Shown one piece after another: positions 33,993 through 43,676 of a DNA stretch of 64,000 bases. The stretch lies in contig CAVOKF010000005.1 in NCBI GenBank assembly GCA_963696385.1, positions 1,344,001-1,408,000 on the forward strand. Reading direction: 5' to 3'. The DNA is from an uncultured delta proteobacterium. Lineage in GTDB: Bacteria; Myxococcota_A; Polyangia; Polyangiales; Polyangiaceae. How positions within the stretch are numbered: the stretch's first letter is position 1; every line of letters begins with the position of its first letter. The position numbers and the translations under genes were made by a program. The notes under the pieces are model-generated. The model was not told where the DNA came from. It saw only the letters and a list, made by a program, of their open reading frames with translations, and did not search any database.

Positions 33993-35214
33993 TCATGCCA
34001 GCATCGGCAGCGTGACGAGATCGACATGAAGCACCTCGTCGAAGGCCTTGATCTCGGCCAGGCAGGCTTCGGTCGGGCGCAAGAGGAGGCGCAGTTTGGC
34101 ACACGCGGCGACCCCTCCTTCGAAGACGGTGTTCGTTACTTCTTCGACATTGATGCCGTGACGCTTGAGAACCGCGAGCACGTGAGCGAAGGTGCCGACC
34201 TTGTCCATCATCCGGATGACGAGCTGAAATCGCGCCGCCGTCGATGAAGACACGTTGACCACGTTCGGCACCGTGGCTTCGAGCAAGAACGAACGGATGA
34301 TTCGCACGGTCTCGGTCGCGATGGCGAGCTGTGCCTGATCCGTTGCGGCTGCAATGTGCGGCGTCCCATACACGAGTCCCCCGGAGGGATACGGTCGAAA
34401 AATCTCCGCGGTCGGAAATGTACGCGTTCCACGCGGTTCGTCTGGATAAACGTCGAGCGCGACTCGCAGTCCCCGCTTTTCGACGGCGGCGAACAGCGCC
34501 GGATAATCGATTAAATCGGCGCGGGCGGTGTTGATCACGCTCGCGCCGTGGGGCAGCGTCCCGATGACTCGCGAGTCGACGATTTGTCGGGTGCGGTCCG
34601 TGAGCGCCAAGTGGAGCGTCAAGATTTGACTGCGTGCCGCGAGCTCCTGGATGGAGCTCGCATGAGCTACGCCCATTTCGGCGGCACGCGCTGCCGTCAG
34701 GGACCGGCTCCATGCGAGCGGCAACAGACCAAAGGCTCGCGCGCGCTGCGCCACCTCACGCCCGATGGCTCCGTACCCGGCGATGCCGAGCGTCTTGCCG
34801 TAGAGACCCTCGGCTTTGCCGTACTCTTTGCGCTCCCATTTGCTGGCCCGGAGCGAAGCGACCGCGTCGGGAATCCGCCGATCGAGCGCGAGGATCAATG
34901 CGAAGACCAGCTCCGCCACGGCCGATGCGTTCTTGCCTGGACAGTTGGCTACGTAGATTCCGCGCTTGCACGCCGCACGGACGTCGATGGTGCCGTACTC
35001 GGCCCCGGCTCGGACGATGAGGTTGAGCTGCTTGGCATGGTCGATCGCGGCTCCCGTTACTTCGGTCGATCGAACGACGAGAATCCCGATGCCGTTCAGT
35101 CGCTGCTCGAGACTTTCCTTGGTGAGTTCGGGCTCGTAAACGACTTCGAATCGGTAGAGTCCTGAGCTCTTCGATGGCGCGTGGATGAAGCTTGTCGGCG
35201 ATGAGCAGCCGCAT
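33993..35214 (-). CDS. D-2-hydroxyacid / D-3-phosphoglycerate dehydrogenase with ACT domain (+1 frameshift near 35150)
   Basis: MRLLIADKL; GIAGYGAIG, INTAR, DVYPDEP, TPHIAAAT; ACT-like DKVGTFAHVLAVL. Confidence 0.88.
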
Positions 35215-35295
35215 GGCGGCTGACCATGATACCTGAATCGAGCAGCGACCGCTCCGCCGCGAGCGAGAGCCGAGAGGGACTGCCGCCGGCGCCGG

Positions 35296-35829
35296 CTAAC
35301 CACGGATGGGCGTTGTGCGCCCGCCGAACCGCACCGCGGCGCCGTCGGGTTTCCCTTCGACCAGGATGCGAGCGATCGATGTTTGCGCGTGACGTGTGAA
35401 TTTGGCCTCGTACGGTCCTCCGGGGGTCCGGCCCTTGACCGTCGTGTAAAGCGCTCCGTCCGACCCGACGCGGGTGGCCTCGGGCAGCCAGGGCTCTTCG
35501 TCGCCATCGTTTAGCCGAAGCAGGACGCGCTCCGGCTCGAGTGTCACGTCCGCTCCGACTCGATCGGGCTCGAAGCGCACACCCTCGACCAAGTAAGGGG
35601 CATCGTCGACCGTCAAGTACGTCCAGTCGTATCCGTTCGACAGCACGTAACGCCCGTCGTCCGGGTGCCGCCCGATCCATCGCCGCAGCGCGGCCACCAA
35701 GCCCGGATGCTTGACGAGTTCGCAATCATGCCAAAATCGGCCGCTCGAGTCGAGTCGCAGCGTGCTTTCTCTCGTGCGCCCTTCCGGGCCGGCGGCTTTG
35801 AAGAAGCCGGGATGATCAGAGGGCCGCAT
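35296..35829 (-). CDS. DUF1285-like hypothetical protein
   Basis: LRLDSSGRFWHD...DGRYVL...LTVDDAPYLV pattern. Confidence 0.65.
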   Translation of the reverse strand: MRPSDHPGFFKAAGPEGRTRESTLRLDSSGRFWHDCELVKHPGLVAALRRWIGRHPDDGRYVLSNGYDWTYLTVDDAPYLVEGVRFEPDRVGADVTLEPERVLLRLNDGDEEPWLPEATRVGSDGALYTTVKGRTPGGPYEAKFTRHAQTSIARILVEGKPDGAAVRFGGRTTPIRG

Positions 35830-35879
35830 AGGGTTCGCGAGCCGACATTGGACGCATTCATGCCTAGGGGCAACCCTGC

Positions 35880-35908
35880 TTGACGCACTCAGGCCAGGGT
35901 CCTACAAG
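35880..35908 (+). promoter_or_regulatory. Putative sigma70 promoter of the mqn operon
   Basis: TTGACG-N17-TACAAG, 46 nt upstream of the first ATG, which has a GGAGG RBS. Confidence 0.55.
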
Positions 35909-35954
35909 CCGAGTGCGTTCAAATTATTTCGAAGATTGTTGCGGAGGCCCGGCC

Positions 35955-37513
35955 ATGGCGTGGGACGGAATGGGCGCGTTCGTTCGCGCGCTCGAGCAGC
36001 GATCCGAGCTCGTGCGCATTTCTCGGCGCGTGGATCCCAAGCTCGAGGTCTCGGCGATCGCCGATCGCGTCATGAAGGCCGGTGGTCCCGCGTTGCTTTT
36101 TGAAAACGTGGGCGGCTCCCCGTTCCCGCTCCTCATCAATGCCTTCGGGTCACGGGCGCGCATGTCGTTGGCGCTCGGCGTCGATGACATCGAAGACCAT
36201 GCCCGAGCTCTCGCGGAGCTCGTACGACCCCCGGCGGGGGGGCCGGAGGCATCGTGCAGTTGGTTCGCAAGTTGCCTGAACTCGCCCACGTTCCGCCACG
36301 AGCGGCGGCAAATGGGGCGTGCCAGCAGATCGTGAGGTCGGGCGGCGACGTCAACCTCGACGAACTGCCGATTCTGACGTGCTGGCCGGGCGATGGCGGG
36401 CCGTTCATCACTCTTCCTCAGGTCATCACCCGGGACCCGGAAACCGGGGTGCGCAACGTCGGCTGTTATCGCATGCAGAAAATCGATCGGACCAGTACGG
36501 CTCTGCATTGGCAGGTGCACAAGACGGGGGCACGGCACTTTCGCCGAGCGCAGGAGACCGGGGCGTCGCGTCTTGATGTGGCTGTGGCGCTCGGCGGTGA
36601 CCCGGCGCTCACGTACGCCGCGACCGCGCCGCTTCCCGACGGAATCGACGAATGGATGTTCGCGGGGTTCCTCCGCAAGCGGGCGGTGTCGACCGTCCGC
36701 TGCAAGACCATCGACCTCGAGGTGCCGGCCGAGGCCGATTTCGTTCTCGAAGGCTATGTCGATCCGCGAGAGGACCTCGTGGAGGAGGGCCCGTTTGGCG
36801 ACCACACGGGCTACTACACGCCGATCGATCGATTCCCACGATTCCACGTGACGGCCATCACGCGGCGCACGGACGCCGTTTATCCCGCGACGCTGGTCGG
36901 TCCTCCGCCCATGGAAGATGCGTGGCTCGGTAAGGCCACCGAGAGGATGTTTCTCCCTCTGCTCCGAATGCTGTTTCCGGAGATCGTCGATATGAATTTG
37001 CCCGTCGAGGGCGCCTTCCACAACCTCGTTCTCATCTCCATCAAGAAGCAATACCCCCACCACGCCTCCCGGCTCGCCCACGGACTGTGGGGGGCGGGGC
37101 AAATGACGTTCTCGAAGGTCATCTGCGTCGTGGATGACGATGTCGACGTGCAGGACGTCCGGCAAGTGGCATGGCGACTTCTCGCAAACCTCGATCCGAA
37201 GCGTGACGTTGCGTTCGTCGAAGGCCCCATCGATCAGTTGGACCACGGCGCAAGCCAACCGCTTTGGGGGAGCAAGACATGCATCGACGGTACGCGCAAA
37301 TGGAGAGAGGAGGGGTACATGCGTGAGTGGCCGGAGCCCTGCCGCATGAGCGAGGACGTCTTGGCGCGGGTAGCCGCCCTATGGCCCGAACTCGGCCTCG
37401 GGCCGGGGCGAATCCAGCCGGCGCCGTCGGGCAACGGAAAGCATGGAACTTCCACGATGATCGCGCGCGCACTGGTCATCGCGCGCGATCTGCTCGGCGT
37501 GGGTCGAGCATGA
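35955..37513 (+). CDS. ubiD: UbiD-family prFMN decarboxylase of menaquinone synthesis (MqnL; -1 frameshift in G7 at 36236-36242)
   Basis: GPALLFENV, RNVGCYRMQ, EGPFGDHTGYY, GPPPMED. Confidence 0.92.
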
Positions 37514-38241
37514 ATCGCGATCCGATTCCCGACATCCGCGCGCGCCGCGGGGAAGAGGCCGTTCACGGAGCGGCCGCCCAAGGGATGTTCGATCGGATCG
37601 CGCCGACGTACGACGTGCTCAACCGCGTGCTGTCCGCAGGGGTTGACGAGCGCTGGCGCGATCGCGCGGTGGCAATGCTTGCCGGCGCGCCGTCCGGCCC
37701 TGTTCTCGATCTCTGCGCCGGAACGCTCGACCTCGCGGCGCGGATCGAGTCGGCGCGCCCCGGCGACCCCATCGTTGCAGCCGACTTTTCGCGGGCCATG
37801 CTCGAGGCCGGTCGAGCGAAGGCGCCTCGGACCGATCTCGTCGTTGCCGACGCCACCGCGCTTCCCTTTCGAGACGGGGAGTTTTCGGGAGTCGTATGTG
37901 GCTTCGGTATGCGCAATCTAGCGGACCTGGTCCGGGGCACGAACGAGGTGCGGCGGGTGCTCCGGTCGGGGGGCGTGTTCGTAACGCTCGAGCTGTTCCG
38001 GCCGAGTCGCATCGTGACTCGAGCGTTTCATCAAGCCTATGCGAGCATGATCCTGCCGCTGCTCGGAGGTTGGGTCTCCGGCGATCGTGGCGCCTATCGG
38101 TACCTCGCACGGAGCATGGCTGGCTTCTTGACGCGCGAGGAGTACGAGGGCGTCTTGAACCAGGCGGGCTTCCAGCACGTGTTCGGGTTCGATCTGACGC
38201 TCGGCATCGCTTCGATTGTCCGGGCGGAGGTCGGGTCATGA
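37510..38241 (+). CDS. ubiE: Demethylmenaquinone methyltransferase (UbiE/MenG)
   Basis: MFDRIAPTYDVLN, VLDLCAGT, DATALPF, GFGMRN, AYRYL. Confidence 0.93.
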   Translation: MNRDPIPDIRARRGEEAVHGAAAQGMFDRIAPTYDVLNRVLSAGVDERWRDRAVAMLAGAPSGPVLDLCAGTLDLAARIESARPGDPIVAADFSRAMLEAGRAKAPRTDLVVADATALPFRDGEFSGVVCGFGMRNLADLVRGTNEVRRVLRSGGVFVTLELFRPSRIVTRAFHQAYASMILPLLGGWVSGDRGAYRYLARSMAGFLTREEYEGVLNQAGFQHVFGFDLTLGIASIVRAEVGS

Positions 38242-38798
38242 AAAAGAAGATCGTGGTCGGGGTCACGGGCGCGAGCGGCGCAGCGTACGCGCGCCGGTTG
38301 CTCTCGGTCCTGAGCGTCCGCGAGGACGTCGAACTCGGCGTTTGCGTTTCGAAGACGGCGCCCGAAGTCTGGGCGCTGGAGTGCGGGGGGGATCTTCGCG
38401 AAGCGGTGCCGAAGGCGACTTGGGGGCCTCGTGACTACCGGGCGCCGTTCGCGAGCGGAAGTGCGGGCTGGCACGCGATGGTAATCGTGCCCTGCTCCAT
38501 GGGAACCGCGGCCAGGGTGGCACACGGCATCTCGGATACGCTGTTGACGCGAGCGGCCGACGTGATGCTCAAAGAGCGGCGCCCGCTCATCGTCGTGCCC
38601 CGCGAAACACCTCTGAGCGTGGTCCACCTGCAGAATCTTCTCGACCTTGCGCGCGCAGGCGCGCTCGTGTTGCCAGCCATGCCTTCTTTCTACGGCAAGC
38701 CCAACTCGCTCGAGGAAGCCATCGACACGGTGATCGGTCGCGTCCTCGATCATCTGGGTCTCGAGCACCGTTTGGTACGTCGATGGGGTTCCGCGTGA
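38238..38798 (+). CDS. ubiX: Flavin prenyltransferase UbiX (MqnM)
   Basis: VGVTGASG, ASGS, PCSMGT, RAADVMLKERR, PRETPL, PSFY. Confidence 0.96.
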   Translation: MKKKIVVGVTGASGAAYARRLLSVLSVREDVELGVCVSKTAPEVWALECGGDLREAVPKATWGPRDYRAPFASGSAGWHAMVIVPCSMGTAARVAHGISDTLLTRAADVMLKERRPLIVVPRETPLSVVHLQNLLDLARAGALVLPAMPSFYGKPNSLEEAIDTVIGRVLDHLGLEHRLVRRWGSA

Positions 38799-39392
38799 GC
38801 GCGCTCGTGGATCGCGCCATCGATTCGGCCGGCCTCGGCGAGGTGCTTGGGGCCCGGCGCGATGGTGCGCTCGGCGACGCGGAGCTCACGCGGCTTCGCG
38901 AAGCGGATTTGCTGGTCCTCGGCGCGCTTGCCGATCGAGTTCGAGCCCACGAGGTTGGCCCCGAGGTGCGCATCCACGTCCGGGAACCCCCCGCCGATGT
39001 CCCCGCAGACTTCACGTTTCCCGACCCCGGTCGCAACCTCACGGGCCTCGAGCTTTTGCGTGAAATCGCGATTGCGCGCGTGACGGGACCCTTTCGAGCC
39101 TGTGTGAGGGTCGATTGGGTGCGCTGTGGGATGGAGCTCGCGCAGGTGGCGCTCGGGTTCGGAGCCAATGAGCTCGTAGGTACCATCGCCACCAAGCGCG
39201 GCCTTCCGATCGCCGACGGCGAGCTCGTCGGATTCGGGCAAGAAAAGCCGGCGCGAATCGGCTCAGACGGCCAAGCTCAAGGAGCTTGCGGGTTGCATAC
39301 GCCGCGCCGCCCGACGACCCGTGGTCGTCGGGCACGAGCACGAGGTCGAATTCATGGACGGCGCGTCCCCCATCCAGGAGAAGACGGGATGA
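38795..39392 (+). CDS. Truncated MqnE-like protein lacking the radical-SAM core (+1 frameshift near 39233)
   Basis: About 198 aa after repair. Matches only the N- and C-terminal segments of the adjacent MqnE and has no CxxxCxxC. GTGA and ATGA overlaps on the two sides. Confidence 0.7.
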
Positions 39393-40537
39393 TCGAGGCG
39401 ATCGGCGAGAAGGTCGTGCGCGGCGAGCGCCTCACGTTCGACGACGGGCTCGCCCTTTTCCGGCACCCGGACGTCGTCGCGATTGGACAGCTCGCCAACC
39501 GGGTCCGTGAGCGGATGCATGGGGATCGGACGTATTTCAATCGCAACATGCGCATCGAGGTGACCAACGTGTGCGTTGCCTCGTGTCTATTTTGCTCGTT
39601 CGCCAAGCTCGAGGAGGGTGGCCCGGGGGCACGCACGATGAGCCACGTGGAAGCGTGGCGGGAGCTCGAGGCACGCATGGACGATCCACCGGGCGAGATC
39701 CACATCGTCAACGGGCTGCATCCGAGGCTGCCATTTTCCTACTACGAGGAGCTTTTGACCGGCTTCAAACGCATCAAGCCGGACGTTCACTTGAAGTGTT
39801 TCACCGCCGTTGAAATTCATTTTTTCGCGCGGCACTTCGGCATGAGCTACGAAGTGGTGCTCGATTGTCTGCGCGCCGCGGGGCTCGACAGCTTGCCCGG
39901 CGGCGGCGCGGAGATTTTTCACCCGGAGGTGCGCAGCCGAATCGCGCACGACAAGGCTACCGCCGACGAGTATCTCGACGTGCACCGTGTCGCGCACGGG
40001 ATGGGTATGCGAACGAATACAACGATGCTCTACGGTCACGTCGAGACGTTCGAGCACAGAGTCGACCACCTACTGCGGCTCCGCGCACTGCAGGACGAGT
40101 CCCGTGGCCAGCAGGCGTTCATCCCCCTGGCGTTTCACCCGGACGGCAACGGGATGCGCAATCTTCCGGCGCCCACGGCAATGGATGCGCTGCGAACGAT
40201 CGCGGTATCGCGTCTCGTGCTCGACAACGTCCCCCACATCAAAGCCTATTGGGTGAGCATGACTCCCGAGGTGGCCCAGATCGCGCTGCGATTCGGCGCG
40301 GACGACCTCGACGGGACCATCGTGCACGAGACGATCTACCGAGCCGCGGGGTCGCGCTCGCCGGGTGCCATGACGGTTGCGCAACTGGTGCGGCTCATCC
40401 ACGAGGCCGGCCGCATTCCAGTCGAGCGCGACAGCCTTTATCGAGTCGTGCGCGAGCATCCGCGCGCGTCGGTGGCCGAGGCCGCGCTCAAGGTGCGCGA
40501 CCGCAATGCCCGAAGGCACCTCGAGGTGTCGTCGTGA
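39389..40537 (+). CDS. mqnE: Aminofutalosine synthase MqnE (radical SAM)
   Basis: TNVCVASCLFC, GLHP, FTAVEI, PGGGAEIF, MLYGHVE, HIKAYWV, FGADDLDGT. Confidence 0.9.
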   Translation: MIEAIGEKVVRGERLTFDDGLALFRHPDVVAIGQLANRVRERMHGDRTYFNRNMRIEVTNVCVASCLFCSFAKLEEGGPGARTMSHVEAWRELEARMDDPPGEIHIVNGLHPRLPFSYYEELLTGFKRIKPDVHLKCFTAVEIHFFARHFGMSYEVVLDCLRAAGLDSLPGGGAEIFHPEVRSRIAHDKATADEYLDVHRVAHGMGMRTNTTMLYGHVETFEHRVDHLLRLRALQDESRGQQAFIPLAFHPDGNGMRNLPAPTAMDALRTIAVSRLVLDNVPHIKAYWVSMTPEVAQIALRFGADDLDGTIVHETIYRAAGSRSPGAMTVAQLVRLIHEAGRIPVERDSLYRVVREHPRASVAEAALKVRDRNARRHLEVSS

Positions 40538-42432
40538 GCCAGCCTCGGCTGCGCGTAGCGGCCGTTGGCTTTCTAAACGCACGTCCGCTCTACGAAGGGC
40601 TGGACCGGGAGCCCGCTCGCGCTCGAATGCGCCTCGATTGTGGCGTTCCGAGCGAGGTGGCTCGTCGAGTCGCGGAGGACGAAGCCGACTTGGGGTTGAT
40701 GCCCGTCGCCGCCGCGGCGACCCTCGGCGACCTGCGGATGGTGCGCGGCTGCGCCATCGGAGCGAAGGGTGCCGTTCGCAGCATCTTGATCGTGGGCGAG
40801 GAGCCCGTCGATGCGCTCGAAGAGATCGCCATCGACCTGTCTTCGCGCACGAGCGTCGTGCTGGCGCGACTGATCCTTCGCGCGAGAAATCGGGGGCGCG
40901 AGCCGCGCCTGGTGGGCAAAGAACACGGCGATGCGGTGCAAAGTGTCTCGGGCAAGCGAGGCGCGCTGGTGATCGGCGATCCGGCTCTCGAGATCGAGGG
41001 GCGCTTTGCTCATGGGATCGATCTCGCCCAGGCGTGGCGGGAATGGACCGGGTTGCCTTTCGTATTCGCGGCATGGTGCGGTCGGGCAGGCGCGCTCTCG
41101 GCGGATGACGAGGATTTCATCGCTGCCGCAAAGATCGCCGGACTCGAGCGGCGCGACCAAATCGCGGACGAGCATGCTGCGCGCACCGGGCTGAAGTCCG
41201 CCTCCCTGCGCTCCTATCTGCGAGACGCGGTCCACTACGAGTTCGGCGACGAAGAGCGTCGCGGTTTGGAGCATTTTTACGACAAGGCTGCGCGCGCGGG
41301 TTTGTTGCCCCGAGCGCGCGTGCGCTTCTTCGACGACGACCGGCGCAACGCGTCCTTGCGCTCATCGCTCGACACTCTTCTGTCGAGCGCGGCCGCGGGC
41401 GATCGGCTGAGCGCCGCCGATGGAGAGCGGCTCCACGCCGAGGCGTCGTTGTTCGATCTGGGGCTGGCCGCGGATGCAGTGCGGCGACGAAAGCACCCGG
41501 CCGACGTCGTCACGTACATCGTGGACCGAAACGTGAACTACACCAACGTTTGCACGACGAGCTGCCGCTTTTGTGCGTTTTACCGGCCGATCGGGCACGC
41601 CGAGGCGTGGGTTCTTTCGCGTGAAGAGCTTGCGAACAAGCTCCAAGAAGTCGTCGATGCCGGCGGCGTGCAGATCCTTCTCCAGGGCGGACTGCACCCC
41701 GAACTGCGCATCGAGTGGTACGAAGACCTATTTCGTTGGATCAAGCGCGACTTCGGGCTGGGTCTGCACGCGTTGTCACCCGAGGAGATTTTGCACATCG
41801 GCCGTCTCGAGGGTCTGCCTGTCCGCGGTGTACTCGAGCGGCTCCATGCCGCGGGCCTCGATAGCGTCCCGGGAGGCGGAGCAGAGATTCTCGTGGACCG
41901 CGTGCGACGAAAGATCGCGAAGGCGAAGTGCAGCAGCGACCAATGGCTTGGGGTCATGCGGGTCGCTCACCACATGGGCTTGCGTTCGAGCGCAACGATG
42001 ATGTACGGCACGGTCGACACCGCGCGCGATCGGATCGGTCACCTCGTCAAGGTTCGCGACCTTCAGGACGAGACCGGGGGGTTCACGGCGTTCTTTTGTT
42101 GGGACTTCCAGCACGAGCGCGGAACTCGCATCGAGCCAGGTGACACCGGTACGGTGCTTTACCTGCGCCAGCAGGCCGTAGCGCGCATCATGCTCGACAA
42201 CGTAGATCACGTCGGCGCGTCCTGGGTGACGCAGGGTCCGGAGGTGGGTCAAGTGGCCCTCCGCTTCGGCGCGGACGACTTCGGCAGCGTCATGTTCGAA
42301 GAAAATGTGGTGTCGAGCGCGGGGACCACGTTCTGCATGAACGCGTCCGCAATGGAGCATCGCATCCGCGCGGCCGGCTTCAAGGCTGCGCGGCGAAACG
42401 TACACTACGAGTGGCTCACCACGCCGTCGTGA
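40534..42432 (+). CDS. mqnC: Fused chorismate dehydratase MqnA - cyclic dehypoxanthine futalosine synthase MqnC
   Basis: N-half FLNARPL, SRTSVVL, LVIGDPAL, TGLPFVFAAW (MqnA). C-half DRNVNYTNVCTTSCRFCAFYR, LLQGG, FGADDFGSVMFEENVV (MqnC). Confidence 0.9.
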   Translation: MSQPRLRVAAVGFLNARPLYEGLDREPARARMRLDCGVPSEVARRVAEDEADLGLMPVAAAATLGDLRMVRGCAIGAKGAVRSILIVGEEPVDALEEIAIDLSSRTSVVLARLILRARNRGREPRLVGKEHGDAVQSVSGKRGALVIGDPALEIEGRFAHGIDLAQAWREWTGLPFVFAAWCGRAGALSADDEDFIAAAKIAGLERRDQIADEHAARTGLKSASLRSYLRDAVHYEFGDEERRGLEHFYDKAARAGLLPRARVRFFDDDRRNASLRSSLDTLLSSAAAGDRLSAADGERLHAEASLFDLGLAADAVRRRKHPADVVTYIVDRNVNYTNVCTTSCRFCAFYRPIGHAEAWVLSREELANKLQEVVDAGGVQILLQGGLHPELRIEWYEDLFRWIKRDFGLGLHALSPEEILHIGRLEGLPVRGVLERLHAAGLDSVPGGGAEILVDRVRRKIAKAKCSSDQWLGVMRVAHHMGLRSSATMMYGTVDTARDRIGHLVKVRDLQDETGGFTAFFCWDFQHERGTRIEPGDTGTVLYLRQQAVARIMLDNVDHVGASWVTQGPEVGQVALRFGADDFGSVMFEENVVSSAGTTFCMNASAMEHRIRAAGFKAARRNVHYEWLTTPS

Positions 42433-43676
42433 GGCTGGCTCGGATGCGCGCCGTACACGCTGAGGCTGTGGTCACGGGCGACGGGAACGCGATTCGCGAC
42501 GCCGCCGTCGTCGTCGATTCGCGCGGCGAGGTCGTCGACGTCGGTCCTGCCGGCGAAGTTCTCCCGCGCCACGGTGGCATCGATGTCGAGCGAGCCCGCG
42601 GCGTGTTGCTGCCCGGGCTCGTCAACGCGCACACCCATTTGGAGCTGAGTGCTTTGCGCGGGCGCGTGCCCGGGGGTGCGGGCTTCGTTCCCTGGGTGGA
42701 GCACCTCATCGGGGCGCGGATCGAGTCGCATCCGGAAGAGGACGCGGACGCGATCGAGCGTGCAGTCGATGAGCTCGATGCGTTCGGCACCGTTGCCGTC
42801 GGCGAGGTGACGAATTCTCTTGGAGCCGTCCGAACGCTCGCTCGCCGAGGTTTTATTGGTTGCATATTCCACGAAGTCTTCGGCGTCGATGCCGATTCCG
42901 TCGAACGGCGAGTCGCCGCGCTGCCTCGCATTCTCGAGGAGCGCGTTGGCGAATGGCCGTCCTCGCAATTGGCCTATGCACCCACTCCGCATACCTTGTA
43001 CACGACGCACGAGAGCGTCGTACGTCGTCTTGTAAGAGACGCGCGCGAGAGCAACGCGCGTGCGAGCGTCCATCTCGCCGAGCATGCGCCGGAAAGACGC
43101 TTTCTCGAACACGGGGACGGTCCCATCCGGACCTGGTACGAACAGCGGCTGAAACTGCGTCCAGAGAGCATCCACTGGCCGGGCAAGGCTCCGGTTGCGC
43201 TTGCGGACGAGTGGGGCGTGCTCGCCTCCCATGTGATCTGCGTGCATATGACCGATGCGCGTCCAGACGAACTCGACCTGGTCGCTCGGCGAGGTGCACC
43301 GCTCGTGTTTTGTCCGCGCTCGAACCTGTTCATCGAGACGCGGCTGCCCCCTTTGCTCGCCGCGCGCGCGGCGGGAATCGTCGCGGCACTGGGTACCGAC
43401 TCGCTGGCCTCGAACGGATCATTGGACGTGCTCGCGGAGGCGCGCGCGCTTTCGGATCGGTTTCCGACTGTGCCTGCGACGGAGCTCGTACGCATGGCCA
43501 CCTGGGAGGGCGCCCGCGCGTTGGGTCTGCCGGGCATTGGCCGCATCGCACGGGGCGCGCATCCCGGGATCTTTCTCATCGAGGGTCAACCGGACGGGGA
43601 CCCGTGTGCATTCGTCCTCGCCAACGTGCGAGCGTCGCGTCGGTGGGTCGCGCGCCGCTCGGAGAGCGGACGATGA
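42429..43676 (+). CDS. Amidohydrolase, probable aminodeoxyfutalosine deaminase
   Basis: PGLVNAHTHLE, VHLAE, CPRSN, LGTDS metal motifs; mqn operon context. Confidence 0.8.
   Translation: MRLARMRAVHAEAVVTGDGNAIRDAAVVVDSRGEVVDVGPAGEVLPRHGGIDVERARGVLLPGLVNAHTHLELSALRGRVPGGAGFVPWVEHLIGARIESHPEEDADAIERAVDELDAFGTVAVGEVTNSLGAVRTLARRGFIGCIFHEVFGVDADSVERRVAALPRILEERVGEWPSSQLAYAPTPHTLYTTHESVVRRLVRDARESNARASVHLAEHAPERRFLEHGDGPIRTWYEQRLKLRPESIHWPGKAPVALADEWGVLASHVICVHMTDARPDELDLVARRGAPLVFCPRSNLFIETRLPPLLAARAAGIVAALGTDSLASNGSLDVLAEARALSDRFPTVPATELVRMATWEGARALGLPGIGRIARGAHPGIFLIEGQPDGDPCAFVLANVRASRRWVARRSESGR

Noticed and set aside
38783..40537. 584-aa 'long MqnE'
   Set aside because: Better explained as two genes: the off-frame segment matches the MqnE C-terminal helix and ends in an ATGA overlap preceded by an AGGAG RBS.
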